Positions 19,027 through 28,350 of a DNA stretch of 64,000 bases are shown here, piece after piece (the stretch's first letter is position 1; the number at the start of each line of letters is the position of its first letter). The stretch lies in NCBI GenBank assembly GCA_963737655.1, contig CAVTTN010000002.1:4832001-4896000 (forward strand). Reading direction: 5' to 3'. This DNA is from an uncultured Planctomycetota bacterium. GTDB lineage: Bacteria; Planctomycetota; Planctomycetia; Isosphaerales; Isosphaeraceae. Position numbers and translations under genes: made by a program. The notes under the pieces are model-generated. The model saw nothing but the letters and a program-made list of their open reading frames with translations. It was not told the DNA's origin and did not search any database.

Positions 19027-20373
19027 ATGGCCACCTCCGACAAGCCAAGATCGGCCGAGGACACCCCGACCGACCTCCTGCCGGTGATCCGCAAGTCGGG
19101 CATCCTCAGCGAGAAACAATTCGAGGACCTCAAGGCCAAGGTCCTCGACGGCCGCTATCCCTTCGACCCCAGGGAACTCGCCGCCCGGCTGGTCAAGGAC
19201 CGCGTCCTGACCGACTACCAGGCCAAGAGGTTCCTGAGCAACAAGCCGCATGGCTTGACCGTCGGCAAGTACGTGATCCTCGACCGATTGGGCTCCGGCT
19301 CGATGGGGCGAGTCTACAAGGCCCAGCACCTGCTCATGGGTCGGGCCGTCGCGCTCAAGATCATCGCGCCGGAGATCGTGTCCAATCAGCGGGTCGTGGC
19401 GCGATTCCAGCGCGAGATGAAGCTGGTCGGCCGGCTCGATCATCCCAACGTGGTCCGCGCCTTCGACGCCGACCAGGCGGGCAGCATCCTGTACATCGTG
19501 ATGGAATACGTCGCCGGGGTGAGCCTGGGCCAAAGGTTCCGCGCCAAGGGCCCGCTGCCTCCCCTGGACGTGATCGACTACGCGGCGCAGTCGGCCCTGG
19601 GCCTGGCCCATGCTCACGGCCAGGGGATCGTCCATCGCGACGTGAAGCCGTCCAACCTGTTCCTCTCGCAGGACGGCCAGGTCAAGGTGCTGGACCTGGG
19701 CCTGGGCGTCCTGATGGAGGCCGACAGCTCCTCCTCGTTCGCCACGGCCGACGGCATCGCCGTGGGGACGATCGATTATATGAGCCCGGAGCAGGCCTGC
19801 GGCAAGGAGGTCGATGGCCGGAGCGACCTGTACTCGCTCGGCTGCTCGATGTTCCACCTGATCAGCGGTCGGCTGCCGTTCCCCGGGGATTCGCCCGTCG
19901 AGAGGCTGGGCAAGCGGATCAACGGCAAGCCCGCGCCGATCACCGACCTGGTGGGCGACCTGCCGGCGGGCCTGGCCGAGGTCATGGAGGCCCTGCTGGC
20001 CAACCGCCCCCACGAGCGGTTCCAGACCGCCCTGGAAGCCGCCGAGGCCCTCCACGACCTCCTGCCCCCCAAGGAGTCCTCGGGGATCAGCCGGAGGCCC
20101 GGCTACTCGGGCGTGGCGAACCTCTCCGGCGCCTCGGGCTCGGCGATCGCCCGGCCGGCCTCGGCCTCGTCCATGCCGTCCACCCAGGTCGCGCCGCCGC
20201 CCGCCCCTCCGCCCGAGCCGGAATACGTCGAGGTCCGGCCCGAATACCCCCTCTGGTTCGGCCCGATCGCGTCGATGGCCGAGAACTCCCCCGCCGCCCT
20301 CGTGCTGCTGGCCTCGCTCTCCATCCTGATCCTGTTCGCCAGCGGGTTCCTCACCGCCTTGCTCATCCGCTGA
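19027..20373 (+). CDS. Ser/Thr protein kinase with C-terminal TM
   Basis: LGSGSMG, VALK, HRDVKPSN, DLG, GTIDYMSPEQ. Confidence 0.93.
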   Translation: MATSDKPRSAEDTPTDLLPVIRKSGILSEKQFEDLKAKVLDGRYPFDPRELAARLVKDRVLTDYQAKRFLSNKPHGLTVGKYVILDRLGSGSMGRVYKAQHLLMGRAVALKIIAPEIVSNQRVVARFQREMKLVGRLDHPNVVRAFDADQAGSILYIVMEYVAGVSLGQRFRAKGPLPPLDVIDYAAQSALGLAHAHGQGIVHRDVKPSNLFLSQDGQVKVLDLGLGVLMEADSSSSFATADGIAVGTIDYMSPEQACGKEVDGRSDLYSLGCSMFHLISGRLPFPGDSPVERLGKRINGKPAPITDLVGDLPAGLAEVMEALLANRPHERFQTALEAAEALHDLLPPKESSGISRRPGYSGVANLSGASGSAIARPASASSMPSTQVAPPPAPPPEPEYVEVRPEYPLWFGPIASMAENSPAALVLLASLSILILFASGFLTALLIR

Positions 20374-20380
20374 ACCGGCT

Positions 20381-21046
20381 TCAGAGGCCGTCGAACGACC
20401 ACCGGCACGCGATCACCACGAACGCCGCCTGGTGGGCGAGGATCGAGGTCCAGACCGGGTCGCGGGTGCCCCGGGGGCGGGACAGCTCGTACAGGAGCTG
20501 GACGACCAGGGCCGCGAACAGGATGGGCAGGACCACCCCGACCACCACGAGCAAGAGCCTCGCCACCGGCGCCGTCCCTCCGAACGCCCTGGCCGCCGCG
20601 GGCCCCCCGATCGCCGCCGAGGCCGCCCGGATCAACGCGGCCAGCGCCGGGATCGCAAGCACGGGGTGGAAAAAGAGTTGCGCGGCCAGGGCGCCGTCGG
20701 TCGGGGTCGCCCGGCTGGTCGCCAGCAGGCCGACGGCCGAGAAGCTCAGGGCCAGCGCGAACCACGAGGCCAGGTCCCCCTGCCCCTCGCGGATCGCCAC
20801 GCCCTGCCCCACGATCTCGATGGCCGCGAACGTCGCCAGGATCGCCACCAGCAGCCCATTGCCTCGGCGAGCCGGCCTCGACTCCCGGCCCGCCCACAGC
20901 CACGCCGCCGCCGTGAGCCCGTGCCCGGCCACGACCAGGGCCGCCACGTGGGCCGCGTCCGGGAACGCCGAGATCGCGTCGATCCCCAGCGCCGAGAACG
21001 CCACGACCCAGACCAGGCCCGACACCCCGATTCCCGGACGTCTCAC
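20381..21046 (-). CDS. Hypothetical integral membrane protein
   Basis: About 7 hydrophobic helices; GTGA overlap with the cbiET stop. Confidence 0.7.
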   Translation of the reverse strand: MRRPGIGVSGLVWVVAFSALGIDAISAFPDAAHVAALVVAGHGLTAAAWLWAGRESRPARRGNGLLVAILATFAAIEIVGQGVAIREGQGDLASWFALALSFSAVGLLATSRATPTDGALAAQLFFHPVLAIPALAALIRAASAAIGGPAAARAFGGTAPVARLLLVVVGVVLPILFAALVVQLLYELSRPRGTRDPVWTSILAHQAAFVVIACRWSFDGL

Positions 21047-22317
21047 GCCGAATCCTCCGCCGACCTCCGCGCCCGAACGACCCAGACCGGCCGGATCGGC
21101 ACGAACGTGGTCAAGCCCGCCAGGGGACGGGCCGGGCTGATCCGGACTTCGGTCACGTCTTCCTTCCAGCCCAGACTGCGAAACCTCGCCAGACTCTCGG
21201 CCAGGTTCTCCAACCCCACGAAGTTCGCCACGACCAGGCCGCCGGGGACCAGCCGATCGGCGACCGCGTCCAGGATCGGCCCGAGCCGTCCGCCCGAGCC
21301 GCCGAGGAACACGGCCGCCGGCCGTTCCTCACCCAGCAAGGCGTCGGGAGCATCCCCGGCAACAATACGCAAATTCCACGCCTCGAACCGTTTGCGATTT
21401 TCGACCAAGAAGGGCAAGCGGTCCGGAGATCGCTCGATCGCCACGACGTCTCGCCCCGGGAAGGCCCGGGCGAGCTCCACCGAGACGCCGCCCAGCCCCG
21501 CGCCCACGTCCCAGATCGGCCCCCCGGGCAGGTCGCGGAACCGGGCCAGGGAGACGGCGCGGACGTCCGAATGGGTCAGAAGGACCGGGCCCTCCTCGGG
21601 AGCGGCGAATGCCTCGTCGGCGAACCCCGGGGGGCCGGCTTCCGGCCCTTTCGGGCGATCGATCCGTTCCAGGATCACGATGTTCAGGTCATCGAAGGCC
21701 CGGCCGATGAGGTCGCCGATCGGGAATTCGCGGACTCGCTCGCGATCCGTGCCCAGCGCCTCGGCGACCCAGGCGCGATGGCCGTCCAGACCGCGATCGA
21801 CGAAAAACGCGGCGATTTCGGAGGGGCTCCGGCCGTCCCGGGTGAAGATCCCGAGCTTGGGGCAGCCGAGATGAGGCCGCAACGTCTCGGCTAGGGGGCG
21901 GCCGTGGACGCTCGCCACCGTCGCATCATGCCAGCTTGAGCCAATTCCGGCGAACGCCCGTTGCATGCTCGAAACGGCCGGTTCCACGGAGATCTGGTCG
22001 CGACCCAGGGCCGAGCCCAGGAACGCGCCGATCCCGTAGAAGAGCGGATCGCCGGAGGCCAGGACCACGCATCGTTCGGTCGACGACCGATCGCGGAGCC
22101 GGGCGGCCAGGTCGTCCAGGTTGTCGGTAATCGCAAACAGTTCCGCCCGGTGCGGACCGATCAGGGCGAGATGACGCCGCCCACCGGCCAGGAAATCGGC
22201 CGAGTCCACCGCCTCTCGGGCCTCGGGCGGCATGCCCGGGAGGCCGTCGGCCCCGATCCCGATGACCTTGATGGGCAGGCGTGTCCTCGATCCGATCGGG
22301 TGCATGAAGGGCACCAT
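21043..22317 (-). CDS. cobL: Bifunctional precorrin-6Y C5,15-methyltransferase (CbiE-CbiT / CobL)
   Basis: VIGIGADG, LASGDPLFYGIG, SVHGR, WDVGAGLGGVSVE, VFLGGSGG. Confidence 0.9.
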   Translation of the reverse strand: MVPFMHPIGSRTRLPIKVIGIGADGLPGMPPEAREAVDSADFLAGGRRHLALIGPHRAELFAITDNLDDLAARLRDRSSTERCVVLASGDPLFYGIGAFLGSALGRDQISVEPAVSSMQRAFAGIGSSWHDATVASVHGRPLAETLRPHLGCPKLGIFTRDGRSPSEIAAFFVDRGLDGHRAWVAEALGTDRERVREFPIGDLIGRAFDDLNIVILERIDRPKGPEAGPPGFADEAFAAPEEGPVLLTHSDVRAVSLARFRDLPGGPIWDVGAGLGGVSVELARAFPGRDVVAIERSPDRLPFLVENRKRFEAWNLRIVAGDAPDALLGEERPAAVFLGGSGGRLGPILDAVADRLVPGGLVVANFVGLENLAESLARFRSLGWKEDVTEVRISPARPLAGLTTFVPIRPVWVVRARRSAEDSA

Positions 22318-22337
22318 CCTTCCTGTATTGATGGATC

Positions 22338-22490
22338 GTGTGACATTCATACGTATTCGTAAGCATGTCTTCGATCAGGATCGAGTCGAATATGTTTGAC
22401 TTATAATCATATAAATTTTATGTTAAACACCTATTGATTAGGTCGCTATCGAACCGAAGACATGCTTACGAGGACGTAAGCATGCCACCC
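22338..22490. repeat. Inverted pair of CATGCTTACG-N4-CGTAAGCATG palindromes around an AT-rich spacer
   Basis: CGTAAGCATGTCTTCG ... CGAAGACATGCTTACGAGGACGTAAGCATGCCACCC; same family at 4997-5016 and 61013-61097. Confidence 0.75.
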
Positions 22491-23634
22491 GGGGGAGAGG
22501 TCTCGCGCGCAGCGCGTTCCCTTCGAAATCGAACAGGATGACTTCGATTTCCGGCCCTCCGCCGGCGTGATCCCGGCAGTTCCGGGCCGCTCGCGAGGCG
22601 ACGAGGCGATAGAACGGCTCGAAGCCGGCCGAGTCGATCAGGTCTTCCACGTGACGGCCCGTGTTTGCTGCTTCGATCTGGCGGACCAGCGAATCGTCGG
22701 CGCCGGCCTCCCTCGCGAGCCCGGCGAGGAACGTCAGATCGACGCCTCCGCCCGCGACATGGGTTTGCATCCGTCCGGCGGCCAGCTTGGCGAGCTTGCC
22801 GATCATCCCGCAGATCGTGACCTTGGGCACGCCCCGCTCGACGGCCCGTTTCAGGGCCTCGCCGGTGAAGATGCCCATCTGCACGAAGGCCATTTCGGGG
22901 AGCTCGGGGTAGACCCCGGCCGCGAATCGTTCGGATCGGCCGCCGGTGGTCAGGACCAGGTGATCGAGGCTGTTCGCCGCCGCGACGTCGATCGACTGGA
23001 GGACCGACGCCCGCCAGCTCGCCGTGCTCATCGGCCGGACCACGCCGGTCGTGCCCAGGATCGAGAGGCCGCCGACGATCCCGATCCGCGAGTTCAGCGT
23101 CTTCCTGGCCAGCTCCTCGCCCCCGGGGATCGCGATCACGACCTCCACGCCGGGCTCGGGCCGATCGGTCCCATAAACCATCGCCACGCCTTCCAGGATC
23201 ATCGTCCGGGGGACCGGATTGATGGCCGGCGAGCCCGGGGGCAGCTCCAGTCCGGGCTGGGTGATCGTGCCGACGCCTTCGCCGCCCAGAATCCTCACGC
23301 CCGGCTCGCCCCCTCGGCGGACGGTCGCGAGGACCTCGGCCCCGTGGGTCACGTCGGGGTCGTCCCCGGCGTCCTTGACGACTCCGGCCAGGGCCGTGCC
23401 GTTTTCGTATCGCAATCGGTTGATCGGAATGGTCAGGTCGAACCCCAGGGGCGATCGCACGAGGACCGAGTCCGGCCTCTCGTCGCGGTCGAGCAGTCTG
23501 CAGGCGGCCTGGGCGGCGGCGGCGGCCGAGGCCCCGGTGGTGAACCCCTCGCGCATCCCCTTGGGGTCCCTGGGCGGGACGGTCAGGCCCCGGCAGATCT
23601 CGACCGGCGATCGGGCCGGGGCCTCCGCGTTCAT
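22438..23634 (-). CDS. cbiD: Cobalt-precorrin-5B C1-methyltransferase CbiD
   Basis: GFTTGASAAAA, KDAGDDPDVTHGA, AINPVPR, GGLSILGTTG; C-terminus runs into the repeat. Confidence 0.93.
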   Translation of the reverse strand: MNAEAPARSPVEICRGLTVPPRDPKGMREGFTTGASAAAAAQAACRLLDRDERPDSVLVRSPLGFDLTIPINRLRYENGTALAGVVKDAGDDPDVTHGAEVLATVRRGGEPGVRILGGEGVGTITQPGLELPPGSPAINPVPRTMILEGVAMVYGTDRPEPGVEVVIAIPGGEELARKTLNSRIGIVGGLSILGTTGVVRPMSTASWRASVLQSIDVAAANSLDHLVLTTGGRSERFAAGVYPELPEMAFVQMGIFTGEALKRAVERGVPKVTICGMIGKLAKLAAGRMQTHVAGGGVDLTFLAGLAREAGADDSLVRQIEAANTGRHVEDLIDSAGFEPFYRLVASRAARNCRDHAGGGPEIEVILFDFEGNALRARPLPRVACLRPRKHVFGSIAT

Positions 23635-24485
23635 GGGGCCTTCGAGGCCGCCCGGGCCTCGCGGATCGCCTCGAAAAGCGTCTTGCTGTCCCCGCCCCGG
23701 AAGTACGTCCGGGGCTGCGACTTCGAGCCGCCGAGGCTGAACGCGCCGGGAGGCTCGGAGGTCGAATACAGGGAGACCTCGACCAGCCCGCCGCCCTTCA
23801 GGGTCAGGACCAGGGCGCCGAGCGACTCCCAGTTCGCGGGCTTCGGATCGACGGTCGCCGGGGTCATCGCGGCGAGGACCCTGGGGATCGACTCGGCGGG
23901 GACCGCGAACGGCCCGGTCGGCTTGCCCGGGACGTTCGGCGAGACGCTCAGATGGGCGGTCATCGCCTCGATGTCGTCGGCCTCGGGCAAAGACGGCGGG
24001 TTGGCGTCGCGGATGACTTCCATGATCGCGCGGTCGGTGCCCCCGCGATAATACGTCCGGCCGTTGCCGGCGCCGTCGCTCACGGCGAAGCCGCCGGTGG
24101 GCTCGCCCGTCGCGTAGAGGTCGACGGTCCACTCCTTGCCGTCGCGGGTGGTCAGGTCGAGCTTGCCGAGTTCCTGCCACTTGGCGGGGTTGGGGTCGAA
24201 TTTGGCGGGCCCGAGGGCGTCCATGATCTTCGGGATGGCGGTGTCGGGGACGGCGAACGGGCCGACCTTCGGGCCGAGGGGGGCTTTTGCGCTGGGCCCG
24301 TCGAAGGTGTACGAGAGCTCGGCCGTCATCCGGGTGATCGACCCGGCCCGCGGCAGGGCGGTCTCCGGGACGCCGTTCCAGCCGCCCCAGCCGGGCCGGA
24401 GCATCACGGTGAACACCGCCGCCGCCAGCGCGATGAACGCGCCGAAGGCGAACTTGATCCCCATCCCCGGCTTGCCTTCGCTCAT
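23631..24485 (-). CDS. Membrane-anchored hypothetical protein with two tandem ~110-aa repeats
   Basis: N-terminal TM; repeats GPFAVP...DP.PA.W..LG.L.LT...V.LY.T.EP.G.F...RTY.RGG; ATGA overlaps on both sides. Confidence 0.8.
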   Translation of the reverse strand: MSEGKPGMGIKFAFGAFIALAAAVFTVMLRPGWGGWNGVPETALPRAGSITRMTAELSYTFDGPSAKAPLGPKVGPFAVPDTAIPKIMDALGPAKFDPNPAKWQELGKLDLTTRDGKEWTVDLYATGEPTGGFAVSDGAGNGRTYYRGGTDRAIMEVIRDANPPSLPEADDIEAMTAHLSVSPNVPGKPTGPFAVPAESIPRVLAAMTPATVDPKPANWESLGALVLTLKGGGLVEVSLYSTSEPPGAFSLGGSKSQPRTYFRGGDSKTLFEAIREARAASKAP

Positions 24486-26064
24486 GAGTCCCCCCCCCCG
24501 CGTCCGGCCATCTCCAGCAAGGCGTTGATCGCCGCCGCCGAGACGGCCGTCCCGCCCTTGCGGCCCACGCTCGTGAGGAACGGGACGGCCGATTGCCCGA
24601 CCAGGAGCCCCTTGGACTCCTCCACGCCGACGAACCCGACGGGAATCCCTACGACGCACGCCGGCCGCCAGCCCTCGTCGAGCACCAGGCGGAGGCACTC
24701 GACCAGGGCCGTCGGCGCATTGCCCACGGCCACGACCGCGCCCTCGCCGACCTTCCCCGCCGCAATCCTCATTCCGAGGGCCGACCGCGTGAGGCCGTCG
24801 GGAGGATTCGCGGCCTCCCCCAGCCCGCAGACGGCCTCCACCCCGAGAGGGCCGGCCAGATCGCGGCGGATTCCGCTCCGGAGCATCTCCACGTCGCAAA
24901 CCACCGGCCGACCCTGCCGGAAGGCATTCACGGCCGATTCGATGGCCCCTGGGCCGACTCGGAGGTTCCCCACGTAATCGAAATCCGCCGAGGCATGGAT
25001 CATCCGGCGGAGGACGGCGCGTTCGGAGGGGTCGGAGGGGTTCGGGCCGAGCTCGCGATCGATGATCCGCAGCGACTCGGCCATGATCCGATCCCCTTCG
25101 GACGGCGAAGGCGACGCCGGACGGAATCCGGTCCCCTCGCCCCCGCCCCGGGGGAGAGGGTTAGGGTGAGGGGGCGGACTGTCCCCAGGGGCCGAGGCGG
25201 AGTCCCGCATCGAGAGGCGCGCGGCCCCCTGACCCTGCCCTCTCCCCCGGGGCGGGGGAGAGGGGGAATGGGCTTGAGAAGACGGCTCGCCGCCCTCCTT
25301 CGCCCGGTAGATCCGGGGCGTGATCATCCGTCCGCGATCGACGAACGTCCGCGAACTGCCGACGACCACGGTGGAGAACATCGAGACCTCGGCGGTCGCC
25401 AGGGCGTCGAGGCGGACGATTTCCACTTTCTGCGCCGGCCGGTACGCGTTCTCGACCAGGCCGACCGGCGTCCCTGGTTCGCGGAGGCGTAGCAAGAGAT
25501 CCACCACCGCCGGGAGCTGCCAGGTCCGGGTCCGGCTCCTCGGGTTGTAGAACGCCAGGACGAAATCGGCCCGCGCCGCCGCCTCGACCCGTTCGAGGAT
25601 CGTCTCCCACGGGGTCAGCAGGTCGCTCAGGCTGATCGAGGCCCAGTCGTGGGCGAGAGGGCGCCGAGGAGGGCCGCCGCCGAGAGCGCCGCCGTGATCC
25701 CGGGGACGGTCAGGATCTCCGCCGACGATCGGCGGGCCGCGGCGATCTCGAACGCCACGCCGCCCATCGCGTAGACGCCCGCGTCTCCGCTGGAGACCAG
25801 CGCCACGGTCCGGCCCGATTCGGCCAGATCCAACGCCTCGCCGGCCCGCTCGACCTCCTGGCCGAGGTCGCGGCCCAGGACGAGCTTGCCGGCCAGGCGG
25901 TCGGCGATCAGGTCGAGATAGCCGCGATAGCCGACGACGGCGTCGGCGCGGTCGATCGCCGACGCCGCATCGGGCGTGATCGCCCCGGGGGAGCCGGGGC
26001 CGAGGCCCACGATCAGGAGGGCCCCTCGGCCGGTCGTCGGGTTCCGGTCGCGATCCGAGGGCAT
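24482..26064 (-). CDS. cobJ: Fused precorrin-3B C17-methyltransferase (CobJ/CbiH) and precorrin-8X methylmutase (CobH/CbiC); one frameshift near 25660
   Basis: VGLGPG, VSSGDAGVYAM, HDWASISLSDLLTPW, YNPRS, MITPR; then RRMIHASADF, VGNAPTAL, PVGFVG, GRKGGT. Confidence 0.88.
25132..25267. repeat. Palindromic element inserted in-frame in the cobJ-cobH linker
   Basis: TCCCCTCGCCCCCGCCCCGGGGAGAGGGTTAGGGTGAGGGG ... CCCCTGACCCTGCCCTCTCCCCCGGGGCGGGGGAGAGGGGGA. Confidence 0.8.
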
Positions 26065-26282
26065 GGCGGCTCCGGTCTGGGGATCGGGCCGTCGATCGGC
26101 CCCTCCGCGCATTCTCGCCGAAAGCCGCCCGCCGAGGAAGGGCGCGGCCAGGGGCCGTAAGAAGGCCGGGCGGTGCTCGCTTCTCACGCCTAGTCTGGCC
26201 TGATATGTTCGTCGGGCCGGGGCTGCGAGGCCCGAGATCGTCGGAACGCGCCGGGCCGATCCGCCCGGGAAGGGACGCCACG

Positions 26283-27671
26283 ATGCCGACCCGCTACCAG
26301 TGCTCCGACTGCAAGGGGACCTTCGACGTCGAGATCGGCGCCCCGGCGCCGAAGTGCCCCAAGGGGGACGGCGCGATGCCGGAGGTGGGCCGGACCCTGG
26401 TCCCCCCGACCGGCTGCCTCTATGGCGCCGAGGCCTTCAACCGCCAGAGGTTCCAGTACCTCCACTTCGTCCCCTCGACGGGCCGGGGCAAGTTCGACAT
26501 CGATTACCGGCCGATGACCGGGATCTTCACCGTCACGGTCAAGTTCGGCGTCGAGTACGTCGATCCGGGGACGTTCAGCTGGTTCGGCTCCAAGGAGAAG
26601 GCCGCCCTCCAGGAGTCCTTCGGCGAGAGCGTCCAGCGATACTGGGACAACAAGTGCCAGATCCAGTGTACCCAGGTCGGCTGGACGAATATCGTGGTGC
26701 GACCGAGGTTCCGCGTGGAGTTCGGCACCCTGGTCGGGGCCCATTTCCGCATGGTGATCAGCCGGGAAGACAGCCGGACCCGGGACTCCGGATCGCGCGA
26801 GTGCCGGGGGTTCGTCTCGCTGAATCAGGTCACCACCAACGACCCGACGGTCCAGGACCGGATCGAGCTCCGGGACTTCCAGATCCGCGACTTCAACCAC
26901 GGGGTCGGCGGACTCCAGACGGCCGGCAAGGACAGCCAGTTCCTGGAAAAAGCGATCGAGACCAGCGGGATGCCCAACCGGAAGGTCGATGCCCGGGTCA
27001 CGTCGGACCGGGGGCCTCTGGACGTCCGCCAGGTCGTCGGCGACCTGGGGTTCGCGGACAACGCCTCGGATTTCGGCGCGTCCCTGGCCCAGATCACCAA
27101 GTTCGCCGCCGACGTGAACCGGCAGCTCCCCGGCTCGCACCCGGTCCCGATCCAGATCAAGGGGTTCGCCAAGCCGACGGAGACCAGCCCGGCCACGCTC
27201 GCCGCGGCCCGGGCCCAGGCCGTCCGCACCTTCCTGACGACCACCCGCCGCATCCCCAACCCGATCGAGGTGCTGACCCCGGTCGGCTCGGGCAAGGCGG
27301 CGGTGGAGATCTCGGTGGACCAGGATTTCGAGTGGTCGTTCAAGAGGGGGGAGCGGCCCTTCGAGTACAACGTCGCCGCCCACGAGTTCGGCCACCTGAT
27401 CGGCCTGCCCGACGAGTACGAGAACCCCGAAGGAGGCCCCGGCGCCACCGCCGACGCCGCCGCCAAGGCCAAGGTCAAGACCAACTTCCTCGCCCTGACC
27501 GAACGCGCCCGGATCGCCCCGCCCACGTTCCCTTCGCACACGTCCAGCCTGATGTCCGACGGCATGACCTCCATGAACTGGCACTTCGTCACCGTCTGGG
27601 ACGCCCTGACCTTCCTCACGGCCGAATACATCGATCCGGAGTCCTGGGACGTCCGCGTCCCTCGGGTCTGA
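26283..27671 (+). CDS. Zinc-ribbon / OmpA-like / HExxH metallopeptidase multidomain protein
   Basis: YQCSDC..CPKG at the N-terminus; IQIKGFA..LAAARAQAVRTFL (OmpA-like); AAHEFGHLIGLPDEY and SLMS Met-turn. Confidence 0.75.
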   Translation: MPTRYQCSDCKGTFDVEIGAPAPKCPKGDGAMPEVGRTLVPPTGCLYGAEAFNRQRFQYLHFVPSTGRGKFDIDYRPMTGIFTVTVKFGVEYVDPGTFSWFGSKEKAALQESFGESVQRYWDNKCQIQCTQVGWTNIVVRPRFRVEFGTLVGAHFRMVISREDSRTRDSGSRECRGFVSLNQVTTNDPTVQDRIELRDFQIRDFNHGVGGLQTAGKDSQFLEKAIETSGMPNRKVDARVTSDRGPLDVRQVVGDLGFADNASDFGASLAQITKFAADVNRQLPGSHPVPIQIKGFAKPTETSPATLAAARAQAVRTFLTTTRRIPNPIEVLTPVGSGKAAVEISVDQDFEWSFKRGERPFEYNVAAHEFGHLIGLPDEYENPEGGPGATADAAAKAKVKTNFLALTERARIAPPTFPSHTSSLMSDGMTSMNWHFVTVWDALTFLTAEYIDPESWDVRVPRV

Positions 27672-28350
27672 CCAAAACCAGCGAGAAGTACGACAGCGAA
27701 ACGCCCAGGGCGTCCTCCAGGCGGAGGAAGACCCGCTCGTCGGGCCGGCCCAGCCTCTCGACCAGGGCGGCGCGGTCCAGGGCGTTTCGTTTCCGCAACT
27801 CCTCGACCAAAACGGGCAGGACGCCGGCCGCCTTCAGCCAGCACGAGCCTCCGCCTCGATCGAGGATCGCGCCGATCTCGTCGGGATGGTACGTCGCCGG
27901 GCAGACCGTCAGGATTTCCTCTTTTTGAGCCAACGGCCAGCCCAGGACGGCCGCCGCCGCGCTCATGGCCGGGACCCCGGGGACGATCTCGACGGCGATC
28001 TCCGGCCGAAGCCGCTCGATCAGGTACGAACCCGTCCCGAAGAGCATCGGATCGCCCTCGGTCAGGAACGCGACCGAGTTTCCCAGCGCGATTTCCGACC
28101 GGATCGCCTCGGCGACGCGATCATAGCCCACGGAGCCGTCATCCGGCCCTCGCCTCATGGCCAGGGCCATCCCCCGGACGGCCTGATCGGGCCGGAGCAG
28201 CCCGGCGACGACCTCGAAGGCGAACCCGGAATCATCCCGACGGCCGGGATGGAGGAGGGTCCGGGCCCGTTCCAGGACACGGACGGCCTTCAAGGTGAGC
28301 AACTCGGGGTCGCCGGGCCCGACGCCGACGATCGCGGCCGTCGGCGTCAC
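27616..28350 (-). CDS. cobI: Precorrin-2 C20-methyltransferase (CobI/CbiL)
   Basis: VGVGPGDPELLTLKA, LTEGDPMLFGT, VPGV, SYFSLVLV. Confidence 0.9.
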   Translation of the reverse strand: MTPTAAIVGVGPGDPELLTLKAVRVLERARTLLHPGRRDDSGFAFEVVAGLLRPDQAVRGMALAMRRGPDDGSVGYDRVAEAIRSEIALGNSVAFLTEGDPMLFGTGSYLIERLRPEIAVEIVPGVPAMSAAAAVLGWPLAQKEEILTVCPATYHPDEIGAILDRGGGSCWLKAAGVLPVLVEELRKRNALDRAALVERLGRPDERVFLRLEDALGVSLSYFSLVLVRPEGRGRPRTPDRCIRP

